DNA from: a virus
Taxonomy: Duplodnaviria > Caudoviricetes
Virus record (IMG/VR): IMGVR_UViG_3300020044_007529
Coordinates: 1-28,251 of that record
DNA length: 28,251 bases
Reading direction: 5' to 3' (one strand)
Positions within the stretch are counted from its first letter, which is position 1. Each line of letters starts with the position of its first letter. The position numbers and the translations under genes were made by a program. The notes under the pieces were generated by a model. It was not told the origin of the DNA, ran no database searches, and worked only from the letters and a program-made list of their open reading frames with translations. Positions 1 through 7,214 of this stretch are shown here, in pieces.

Positions 1-121
1 ATGATGATGGTGTTTCGCGCGGAGGGAACGAAATGAAGTTTTATCAACACCGCAACCAACACCGCGACGCCAACCACAAGGCCATCGTGGCCGCGCTGAC
101 CTACCATGGTTGCATCGTTGC
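1..121. repeat. Left copy of 121-bp terminal inverted repeat (reverse complement of 28131-28251)
   Basis: 1-121 (atgatgatgg...gcatcgttgc) is the exact reverse complement of 28131-28251; the sequences diverge after position 121. Confidence 0.97.
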
Positions 122-1999
122 GGTGTACGGCAATATGCGAAGCCGTCGCCAGATGCCAACGTCAAGGCCGGTGATGCGTGGTTTATGATTGCCGGTTATC
201 CATAGCGTATGTGTTGGGGTAAATACGAACGGCTTCCCGTAGAGGGTGCGCGCGGTGATTGCGTCGCCGCCGGTGATATCCTTGACCCGTGATTCGTTCA
301 ACTTCCGGCCCTCGGGCATTTCGGACGCCATCGCGAAGCGTTTACCAACGAGCGCGGCAATCATCGGGGTAGCGCCCTCGCCATCCTGTCGGTGGTCGAG
401 GAGTGCTTCAACGGATGACGTGGTGCCGTAGTCCCCGGCAATGATACTCAACGCCTTCATAAATGAAGACTTGCCGTTGGCGCCATTGCCGTAACAGAAA
501 AATAGACAATGTTCGTCCGTTGATCCGGTCATCGTATAGCCGACGGCTTTTTGTATGTAGTCTATGAGTTCGTTGTCATCGTGGAATATGGTACGAAGGA
601 ACGCCAACCACTTCGCCGACAACGGCACCGGGTTGTAATTGACGTTGACAATCTTGGTCAGCATCAACGCGGGGTCATGGTCCATGACGGTCATGTCGCG
701 CAGGTCGACGACTTTATTGGCACAATTGAACAACCACGGTGACGCGTCGAACTCTGCCGGTTTAGCAACAAGGTACGGCTGCGCTTCGGCAATCATGCCC
801 TCGATGCGTGACGTGGCTTCGCTCTTGAGTGCCCACTTCGCCAGTTCGGTATTGACCGCAGCGGAGCCGACAGCTTCGCGGTACATGTCAACGATAACGG
901 CGTGCGCCAAGCGCTTGACCGCATGAACATTGGTATGCTCCCATCGTTGACCATTCCATACGAGCCATTGCTTCCATTCCGGAACGTATCGCAGTTTATC
1001 GCGGGTAGCATCAACGAGCCGTTTTGCATTGCCGACGTCGGTGTGGTGGTACGAAGTATCCACCGGCGCGGTTTCGTCGCGTACGGTGTCAATTTGAGGC
1101 ACTGGCGCGGACGTTTTCGCCGGTGGTACTGTGCGCTGTGTTGGTTGCGATATGGTGATTGGGGATTTGCGTCCGTAAGCGATGCCGTCCTCGATTGCTT
1201 TGCGCTCCGCACGTTGCGCGCCGGTGCGTGGTATCTGCGCATTGTACAAAGCGTTGACGACGTCATCGTCACTGTAGTCATCGTATCCGACGGCGTAGGC
1301 ACCGGCGAGGTATCCGCCGATAAGTTTCCCGGCCCGCACGCGGGTGTCGTGGCGGTCACCCTCGAGCGCATCGGCAACCATGCGTACACCGGCTTTGATG
1401 CGACGTTCAACAATGGAACGCACCCACGCCGTTGGGTATCGCTCGTCTGTCGGCGCGGTGTCTGGGAGGTTCGTTGCGGTCTCCGCTTGGTTCATCTGTT
1501 CGATAAGCCAATCGACAATGTGCTGTATGCTGTGCAACTCTTCGGTGGCTTTGTCAGTCATGTCTTCGGTGAATGTGAAGTATCGGTTAGTTGCGTAGAT
1601 TTCGACTTTGTCGCCGCTGGCGGTGCGACCTTTTAGCTTTGCATTCTCGGGAATATTGGCATCGCCTAAGATATGCAAACCTTTGCCGCTTGGCGATATT
1701 TCCGAATAACTGGTCGACTGTGCGAGCGCGTGCCGTGCGAGGTACGAAGCCTCAAGCGTGTCGTCGCTTTGTTTAGTAAAGCACGCATCGAGGTCGATAC
1801 CGACAACGCCGTCGCCAGTCAGCATGACACCGACGCCCACCGTGTTGTACTTGCCGACGGCTTTGCGCGCTTCGGCGTAGGTGGTCCACGTTGACGGATC
1901 GCTGACCGACGCATTGCGTCCGCTCTTGGCGTCGACGGGTATCTTTTTCGCGGTGTAACAGACCCATCGCGGATGAGTCTTCAAGTCGCTAATGTTCAC
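101..1999 (-). CDS. Primase-polymerase / D5_N / SF3 helicase (P4-family primase-helicase), C-terminally truncated
   Basis: N-terminal prim-pol motifs GVGVML..GIDLD and EISPSGKGLH; D5_N-like TDVGNAKRL..LRYVPEWKQWLVWNGQRW; Walker A GNGANGKS, Walker B ASE, motif C TGNHKP, IWRRL. The stop codon lies inside the terminal inverted repeat. Confidence 0.93.
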   Translation of the reverse strand: MNISDLKTHPRWVCYTAKKIPVDAKSGRNASVSDPSTWTTYAEARKAVGKYNTVGVGVMLTGDGVVGIDLDACFTKQSDDTLEASYLARHALAQSTSYSEISPSGKGLHILGDANIPENAKLKGRTASGDKVEIYATNRYFTFTEDMTDKATEELHSIQHIVDWLIEQMNQAETATNLPDTAPTDERYPTAWVRSIVERRIKAGVRMVADALEGDRHDTRVRAGKLIGGYLAGAYAVGYDDYSDDDVVNALYNAQIPRTGAQRAERKAIEDGIAYGRKSPITISQPTQRTVPPAKTSAPVPQIDTVRDETAPVDTSYHHTDVGNAKRLVDATRDKLRYVPEWKQWLVWNGQRWEHTNVHAVKRLAHAVIVDMYREAVGSAAVNTELAKWALKSEATSRIEGMIAEAQPYLVAKPAEFDASPWLFNCANKVVDLRDMTVMDHDPALMLTKIVNVNYNPVPLSAKWLAFLRTIFHDDNELIDYIQKAVGYTMTGSTDEHCLFFCYGNGANGKSSFMKALSIIAGDYGTTSSVEALLDHRQDGEGATPMIAALVGKRFAMASEMPEGRKLNESRVKDITGGDAITARTLYGKPFVFTPTHTLWITGNHKPRITGLDVGIWRRLRILPYTATMQPW

Positions 2000-2178
2000 G
2001 ACTCCTCCCGGCTCTTCGTGGTCTTAGTTGCCTTAGCCAATAGTTGTGTCACCAGTTGATTGCGCGTGACGCCCTTTGCGTCGGCGGTGCGGTTCAATTC
2101 CTCGACCGTGTCGGCGTACACGTACACGGTGAACTTCGCCATCTGTCGCGGTGTCTGGTCTTTGCGTAGTCGTGGCAT
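1996..2178 (-). CDS. Ribbon-helix-helix (CopG/Arc-like) DNA-binding protein, 60 aa
   Basis: MPRLRKDQ..KFTVYVYADTVEELNRTADAKGVTRNQLVTQLL fits the beta-alpha-alpha RHH pattern; GAAGGGA RBS before ATG at 2178; stop overlaps the primase start. Confidence 0.75.
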   Translation of the reverse strand: MPRLRKDQTPRQMAKFTVYVYADTVEELNRTADAKGVTRNQLVTQLLAKATKTTKSREES

Positions 2179-2206
2179 ATCTATCCCTTCGTAATGAATA
2201 AATCGT

Positions 2207-2217
2207 ATTATAGCACA
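2207..2217 (-). promoter_or_regulatory. Extended -10 promoter for the RHH-primase unit
   Basis: Minus strand TGTGCTATAAT about 30 nt upstream of the RHH start codon. Confidence 0.65.
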
Positions 2218-2223
2218 ATGCAA

Positions 2224-2263
2224 ACAACGACACCCCACCGCGTGAACGATGGGGTGTCGTTGT
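2224..2263 (-). terminator. Intrinsic terminator-like hairpin
   Basis: 14-bp inverted repeat acaacgacacccca / tggggtgtcgttgt just after the stop at 2270; only a short T run. Confidence 0.65.
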
Positions 2264-2269
2264 GTTGTC

Positions 2270-3070
2270 TTAGAACGGCTTGACGTCATCCTCGTCGATA
2301 GCGGCGGGTACGTTGCGCGCCGGCTCTGGTGCGGTCGGCTCTTCGGCGTCGTTGGTGCGTTGTTCGCGTGACCAATCGCCGTACTCTTCATAGGCAGCCT
2401 TGGCCAGCTTTAAGCGCTCGGAACCAACGTACAGTGATGCGCACAATTCGCGGTTGATTGCGTTGACATCGAAGCCAATCTGAGGGATGACCACGTTGGA
2501 GCCGTAGCCGGTGTCGATGGTAACGACGCGGCCCTTCTTATCCTTCGGCTGTACGATAGGAGTCCAAAACATAAACGAAGGGACATCGCGGTTGGCGGTC
2601 AGGCGTGCTGTCTTTTCGACCTCGCGCATGGCGCCGAAGATGGATTCACCGCGCGCTGCGGTAACACCGCGACCGACCAAGCCCTTCACCGGCCAGACGA
2701 CGAGGTTGTCGTATCCTTCGATGAAACAAAGAATCTCGGTGTACAAGCGCATCCCGGCATTGGCCTTCCAATGTGCATGCCATGTCTTGGTACGGACGCC
2801 GTTGTTGGTCTCTTCGCTGTACGCTTGCGTGCGCGTGCGAATGACAACGATGCGCAGGTCGGCGGTGGTGTAGCCTGCCTCGTCATCGAAGAGTTCTGCG
2901 TGTTCCCACGGTGGCATCAAGGTTGGCAGCGTGGTTTCGCGTGCGTAGAACTTGCCGACAACGCCCTTGGTCTTCGTGGTGGACAGCCAGCTTATCCGTG
3001 GGATGCCGTCGCCGGTCTCTTCGCGTTCCGGCGTGTATCCGAGTTCCATCAAATCTTTTTCAAAGCTCAT
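2270..3070 (-). CDS. Hypothetical replication protein, possibly single-stranded DNA-binding
   Basis: 266-aa ORF upstream of the primase; beta-rich core and flexible acidic tail ending DEDDVKPF, as in phage SSBs. Confidence 0.5.
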   Translation of the reverse strand: MSFEKDLMELGYTPEREETGDGIPRISWLSTTKTKGVVGKFYARETTLPTLMPPWEHAELFDDEAGYTTADLRIVVIRTRTQAYSEETNNGVRTKTWHAHWKANAGMRLYTEILCFIEGYDNLVVWPVKGLVGRGVTAARGESIFGAMREVEKTARLTANRDVPSFMFWTPIVQPKDKKGRVVTIDTGYGSNVVIPQIGFDVNAINRELCASLYVGSERLKLAKAAYEEYGDWSREQRTNDAEEPTAPEPARNVPAAIDEDDVKPF

Positions 3071-3279
3071 CGGAGGTTCTCCTCGTTGATGCGCGTTTCG
3101 CGCTCGGTGTCAATTACTGCGATGCGGAGTGCTTGGCTTAGTGATACTTTGCTACCGTACGATTCGGTGAGGCGCTTGGTTAGGATGTTCAGCGCTTCCA
3201 TGGCGTCGGCATCGAAGTGGATGCTGAGTCGGTACCATGTGCGACCCGGTTGCGTCGCACTTTGCTTCGGTGTGGGCAT
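3067..3279 (-). CDS. Probable ribbon-helix-helix DNA-binding protein, 70 aa
   Basis: RLSIHFDADAMEALNIL...VSLSQALRIAV RHH-like pattern; ATG at 3279 just after the upstream stop. Confidence 0.6.
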   Translation of the reverse strand: MPTPKQSATQPGRTWYRLSIHFDADAMEALNILTKRLTESYGSKVSLSQALRIAVIDTERETRINEENLR

Positions 3280-3280
3280 G

Positions 3281-3496
3281 TTAGTCTTTCCATGTTGGGA
3301 TGGCGTCGAGCGGTGCCACCAAGGCGAGGATGTCGGCGCTGATACGTCGCGTCTGCTCCGCTTCGTACAGGTCAATGGCGATGGAGTCGTTGGTGATGCG
3401 TGCAACCTGCAGTGCGAACTCGATGTACGAGTCGGAGCGCTGGCGAAGGGTCGTGCGCATTTCGGCGGCCTGTGCTGCGGTGATGTGCTTAATCAT
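3281..3496 (-). CDS. Hypothetical early protein, 71 aa
   Basis: AGAAAGG RBS; fits operon spacing. Confidence 0.75.
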   Translation of the reverse strand: MIKHITAAQAAEMRTTLRQRSDSYIEFALQVARITNDSIAIDLYEAEQTRRISADILALVAPLDAIPTWKD

Positions 3497-3517
3497 GGTG
3501 CGGGGCCTTTCTTATGT

Positions 3518-3554
3518 GTACCGCGCCGGTCATCTGATCCGGCGCGAATGGTAC
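3518..3554 (-). promoter_or_regulatory. Conserved intergenic hairpin, copy B
   Basis: cgcgccgg-tcatctgat-ccggcgcg stem-loop; 26/27 nt identical to 6916-6942. Confidence 0.8.
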
Positions 3555-3563
3555 CGTGGTGGA

Positions 3564-3755
3564 TTACTTGTTGAGACCGCGTGCGATGTACTCTGCGGTG
3601 TAGATGGCCAGCATACCGGCGGTCAGGTCGTTGTATGCTTGGCTTGCCCGGATGCTCCACAACATGAAACCCTGTTTGATGTTGTCATTGCTCATGGCGG
3701 ATGCGTTGATGGTCTCGAGTGCCAAGGTGTTTGCTGTCATTGTTGCGTTTGTCAT
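3564..3755 (-). CDS. Hypothetical early protein, 63 aa (MTNATMTANT...)
   Basis: AGAAAGG RBS; first gene after the sigma70 promoter at 3795-3822. Confidence 0.75.
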   Translation of the reverse strand: MTNATMTANTLALETINASAMSNDNIKQGFMLWSIRASQAYNDLTAGMLAIYTAEYIARGLNK

Positions 3756-3794
3756 TGTAGGTGCCTTTCTTGTAGCGACTTCTCTCATATACGT

Positions 3795-3822
3795 ATATTA
3801 CCACATAAAACAATGGTGTCAA
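3795..3822 (-). promoter_or_regulatory. Sigma70-type early promoter
   Basis: TTGACA-N16-TAATAT with TG extension; shares TGGTAATATACG with the promoter at 7186-7214. Confidence 0.8.
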
Positions 3823-3851
3823 GTGGATTTAGCACGAGTTTTCGACGAGTT

Positions 3852-4424
3852 TTAAAAGTCTTCTACAATGTACGGTAATGTGATTAAATTGCGATTTAGG
3901 TCGATACGCCATAAATTTATATCTCTACTGGCTTTCATTCCGACGTGATTGATTTGCCCTTTTTTCCATGTGCCATAATTTTTAAATCCCATTGCTTCCC
4001 AAAAAAAATTAGCTTCTAAGTCGGTACGACATCGAAGCGTAAATCCTTTACGTGAAAACTTTTCGCAAAACTGCTGTGCAACTGAAAACAGCGCAGTACC
4101 GTAGTCGAGCCGACGCGCGTCATTGCGCACCGCGACCTGCTGCATCTTTGCATATGTCATAGCACCGTGACCCGGTGTAAATAAAAGATAACCAACTGGG
4201 TCTGCGTTCATTTCACAAATCAATACAACAAAGTTGCGCTCGCCGCCCCAAACGTACTTTTCCCAAATTGTTTTTTGAATAAAACCAACAGCGAATGAGT
4301 TTTCTTTTTGTAATTTGTCTACAAAAAGCATATCGGCAATTGTTGAATTGCGTACAACAAGGTCTCCGTGTTTATACAAAATGTGTAATAACCCGGTTGC
4401 GCAATTAAAATGACCTAGATTCAT
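3852..4424 (-). CDS. GNAT-family acetyltransferase
   Basis: QVAVRNDARRLDYGTAL (motif A, acetyl-CoA binding) and EANFFWEAMGF (motif B); visibly AT-rich relative to flanks. Confidence 0.85.
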   Translation of the reverse strand: MNLGHFNCATGLLHILYKHGDLVVRNSTIADMLFVDKLQKENSFAVGFIQKTIWEKYVWGGERNFVVLICEMNADPVGYLLFTPGHGAMTYAKMQQVAVRNDARRLDYGTALFSVAQQFCEKFSRKGFTLRCRTDLEANFFWEAMGFKNYGTWKKGQINHVGMKASRDINLWRIDLNRNLITLPYIVEDF

Positions 4425-5221
4425 TTCTCATCCTCTTTGCATATGATGCCGTTTCGGTAGATGTGCTGACAGGTCGACCCGTATTTCGCACTGAGTTCCG
4501 TGGCGATTTCGTGACGGGTCCGCGATGCGTACCATTCGGGGTCGGTTGGCCAATCGATGTCATGACGGAATAGCTTGTACGGGTATCCATGACGTCGACA
4601 ATGCACTCGTACCGATTCAGGTGAGGTGCCTAGCTCGGTCGCCATCTGCGTGCTGTTGCGTTCGGCGTACCACGCCGGGTCGCTTGGCCAATTGATGTAC
4701 GCATAGCTTCGCAATATCTTGTACTTCAGCTTTGCGGTGTACTGTTGGACCGTTCGCGGTGAAACGTTGAGTTCTTTGGCGATTTCGTAGGCTGTCTTCG
4801 ATGCGTACCACATCGGATCGGCTGGCCATATCGTTTTAAAAGTCGGCGGTCGGATGGCGCGTTGCATGCGATATTCTTGACGCCAGACGAAATGTTTGAT
4901 GGTGTGAATACTGCATCCGGTTTCGTTGGCGATTTGTGCCGCGGTGCGCACTCGGTAGTACTCCGGATCGCGTGGAAGAGTCGACGTCTTTGCATACGAG
5001 GACGGTGGCGACTTCGGTGTGTCCTTGTTCGGTTTGCGCGGTTCCGTCGATTGTAGGGGCAATACGGTGCCTTTGTGCGCAATCCCGTCGGTTTCCTCGA
5101 AATGATATTTCACGTCATTCAATGGAATATCCAACGCGTTGGCAATGTACCAATTCGGCATCCCGCTGTGGAGGGTGGCGATGACGTCGTCGGTGTATCG
5201 GAGGTTATCGCGGTTTATCAT
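4421..5221 (-). CDS. Tandem helix-turn-helix repeat protein A (N-terminal HTH plus 4 repeats)
   Basis: Repeats begin LPRDPEYY / WPADPMWY / WPSDPAWY / WPTDPEWY, each followed by an (E/Q)(I/M)A.E(L/T) HTH pattern. Confidence 0.8.
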   Translation of the reverse strand: MINRDNLRYTDDVIATLHSGMPNWYIANALDIPLNDVKYHFEETDGIAHKGTVLPLQSTEPRKPNKDTPKSPPSSYAKTSTLPRDPEYYRVRTAAQIANETGCSIHTIKHFVWRQEYRMQRAIRPPTFKTIWPADPMWYASKTAYEIAKELNVSPRTVQQYTAKLKYKILRSYAYINWPSDPAWYAERNSTQMATELGTSPESVRVHCRRHGYPYKLFRHDIDWPTDPEWYASRTRHEIATELSAKYGSTCQHIYRNGIICKEDEK

Positions 5222-5655
5222 AAGAATGTCAACTGCCCTTCCTTCACGCCGTGGCGTTCGACGTTGTCCGCGTAGCTTCCATCAAAGTCGCCATCGTTCA
5301 AACGTCGGACGATGTCGTTGGCCGCGTTTCTGTGCGTGTAAGCGGCTAAGGTATCCGCCGACGAATTGAAGTAGGTAATCGATAGCTTGTAGCCGTTCAG
5401 TTTTACACTACCGCTGTCGGTGCTGTTCAACTTTGGCACGATGAAGACATTCATGTAGTAATACGAGCCGTTGCGTTCATCGACGTAGTAATCGCCAGCG
5501 ACCCCAGTCGCGCCCTTTAGCTCCCTGCCTTGCGACGCTACAACAATGATAAAATCGTCGGTGTCGAACTCCGTGCGTCGACAATATAGAAACCGACCCC
5601 ATAGCGGGATGATTTCTTCGTTCTCTTGGTGTCTGGTGATGAATCTGCGTGTCAT
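5218..5655 (-). CDS. Hypothetical protein, 145 aa
   Basis: ATGA-coupled to neighbours on both sides. Confidence 0.75.
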   Translation of the reverse strand: MTRRFITRHQENEEIIPLWGRFLYCRRTEFDTDDFIIVVASQGRELKGATGVAGDYYVDERNGSYYYMNVFIVPKLNSTDSGSVKLNGYKLSITYFNSSADTLAAYTHRNAANDIVRRLNDGDFDGSYADNVERHGVKEGQLTFL

Positions 5656-5873
5656 TGCTTTGGCCTCTTTGCTGCGAACTGTTCGCCCGCTTTGAACAAC
5701 TCGTCTACCGTGTTGGCGCTGAATGCGAACTGCTTTGCGGTTTCTACGGTCAGCACGTCGAGGCGATACCGACCGGCAAACGTCATCGCAATGGTGAAGA
5801 GGAAGGTGCGGCTCTTGGTCTTATGCGATGCCTTGAGCCGCGTGCCGTCTTTGAACCAAGTCAGATATTGCAT
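5652..5873 (-). CDS. Hypothetical protein, 73 aa
   Basis: GAAAAG/GAGGGG-type RBS upstream; coupled to the next gene. Confidence 0.7.
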   Translation of the reverse strand: MQYLTWFKDGTRLKASHKTKSRTFLFTIAMTFAGRYRLDVLTVETAKQFAFSANTVDELFKAGEQFAAKRPKQ

Positions 5874-6061
5874 TCTTTTCGATTCCCCTCTTTGCGCAGT
5901 TCGGTAACCTTTGCTTTGGCGTCCTCAAGCGTACGACAAAATATGTATTCCATCGAACCGTCGGCGCGTTCCACCTCGATGCTTCGACCGCCACCACCGA
6001 CGCTGTGAACCCAGACGCGCATCGTCAGCCAACGGTAGTACATTTCTAAGCGCTCTGTCAT
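5861..6061 (-). CDS. Hypothetical protein, 66 aa (MTERLEMYY...)
   Basis: ATG at 6061 overlaps the upstream stop (ATGA); GAGG RBS. Confidence 0.7.
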   Translation of the reverse strand: MTERLEMYYRWLTMRVWVHSVGGGGRSIEVERADGSMEYIFCRTLEDAKAKVTELRKEGNRKECNI

Positions 6062-6276
6062 TGCTTTGCCTCGTTCTTTGTTTCGTCGATGCCAAGGTAC
6101 TGCGCAACGTGGATGAGTTCCATCAGATGCGTGTGGAGTACGCCAAGACAATCATCAATTGCGCACCGTCGGTCGAATCCGGGATAATTGCGGTAGATTG
6201 CGACCGCGGCGTCAAGGTAGTCGACATCCCGCTGAATCACTGCCATGCGTTTCGTTACATCTTCTATGCGTGTCAT
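6058..6276 (-). CDS. Hypothetical protein, 72 aa
   Basis: GAGGAGG RBS; coupled to the downstream gene. Confidence 0.75.
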   Translation of the reverse strand: MTRIEDVTKRMAVIQRDVDYLDAAVAIYRNYPGFDRRCAIDDCLGVLHTHLMELIHVAQYLGIDETKNEAKQ

Positions 6277-6329
6277 TGCTCGCCCTCCTCATGTTCTTTG
6301 TTTCGCTGCTGATCGTCTTTGTTATACAT

Positions 6330-6713
6330 CTATTGATTTTCCATTTTTGTAAGCTCATTTTGCAAGATATCTCTCCACTCAGCATAGTTTACAAAATCTA
6401 AAAACGTGAGATAGTATTCTGTCATCTCCAGAGCATCATTTGTACGTTTATTGCATCCTCTAATAGGATGCATACTCTGCAAATTTTTCTGTATGAGAGC
6501 GCTAGAATATCCGTATCTACTACTGGGAATGGGGAGTGCTGCGATAATATCCAGCTCATGAATTCTGTGTCGAAGATTGTCTATTGTGCAATTACTGGGA
6601 AGACTTTGCTCATAGTCATACTGATATTTTGCATATCCCACAATAATAGCCATTATCAGAATAATTGAGAGAATTGATCCATATAAATATAAATCGTGAT
6701 GAGTGCTTCTCAT
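6330..6713 (-). CDS. Hypothetical membrane-anchored protein, AT-rich (moron-like)
   Basis: N-terminal hydrophobic helix LYLYGSILSIILIMAIIVGY; GGAGGT RBS; flanked by an 18-bp direct repeat. Confidence 0.75.
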   Translation of the reverse strand: MRSTHHDLYLYGSILSIILIMAIIVGYAKYQYDYEQSLPSNCTIDNLRHRIHELDIIAALPIPSSRYGYSSALIQKNLQSMHPIRGCNKRTNDALEMTEYYLTFLDFVNYAEWRDILQNELTKMENQ

Positions 6714-6895
6714 ATCACCTCCTCATGTTCTTTGTCGCGTGTGTTGATCACGCGGCTCAACTGCGCCATTCTCGCCATCAGTGCGGTGTACCGTTCCTTT
6801 TCGCGCTGGGTCATATAGACCAAGACCCGGCGCCGGAGTTCCTTGACCTCAGCCGATACGGCGACGAGGTCGGTCTCGATGGTCGGTCGTTGCAT
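6710..6895 (-). CDS. Hypothetical early protein, 61 aa
   Basis: AGAAAGG RBS; helical, coiled-coil-like sequence. Confidence 0.75.
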   Translation of the reverse strand: MQRPTIETDLVAVSAEVKELRRRVLVYMTQREKERYTALMARMAQLSRVINTRDKEHEEVI

Positions 6896-6914
6896 TGCAT
6901 TGCCTTTCTATAAA

Positions 6915-6950
6915 GACCGCGCCGGTCATCTGAACCGGCGCGGTGGGGTC
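6915..6950 (-). promoter_or_regulatory. Conserved intergenic hairpin, copy A
   Basis: accgcgccgg-tcatctgaa-ccggcgcggt stem-loop; near-identical to 3520-3546. Confidence 0.8.
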
Positions 6951-6957
6951 CCAAAGT

Positions 6958-7146
6958 TTAGCCGATGTAGAATTGCGTTTCGACCCGCTGCTGGATTGGT
7001 GCCATTGCGCGGCTAAACGTGGCGAGACGCTTGGCGATGCGGTCAACTGCAAACCAATTGCCATTCCATGCGTGAAGCAGGAGCCGTGCGTTCCAATTGT
7101 TGTAGATGCGTTCCGCTTTTGCCAGCCGTTGTTCGTCGTGTGTCAT
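6958..7146 (-). CDS. Hypothetical early protein, 62 aa
   Basis: AGAAAGG RBS; first gene after the promoter at 7186-7214. Confidence 0.75.
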   Translation of the reverse strand: MTHDEQRLAKAERIYNNWNARLLLHAWNGNWFAVDRIAKRLATFSRAMAPIQQRVETQFYIG

Positions 7147-7185
7147 GGTGTGACCTTTCTGTTTAGCAAATTCTCATCCGTCCGT

Positions 7186-7214
7186 ATATTACCATATCAG
7201 ATTTATACTGTCAA
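7186..7214 (-). promoter_or_regulatory. Sigma70-type early promoter
   Basis: TTGACA-N17-TAATAT with TG extension. Confidence 0.85.

Noticed and set aside
1-121. Transposon terminal inverted repeats or protein-primed replication ends
   Set aside because: No transposase, terminal protein or family B polymerase; the repeat is plain coding sequence of the nuclease gene
4421-5221. HTH repeats as a CRISPR array or DGR template/variable repeat
   Set aside because: Repeats are degenerate and protein-coding; no reverse transcriptase, cas gene or adenine-specific mismatch pattern
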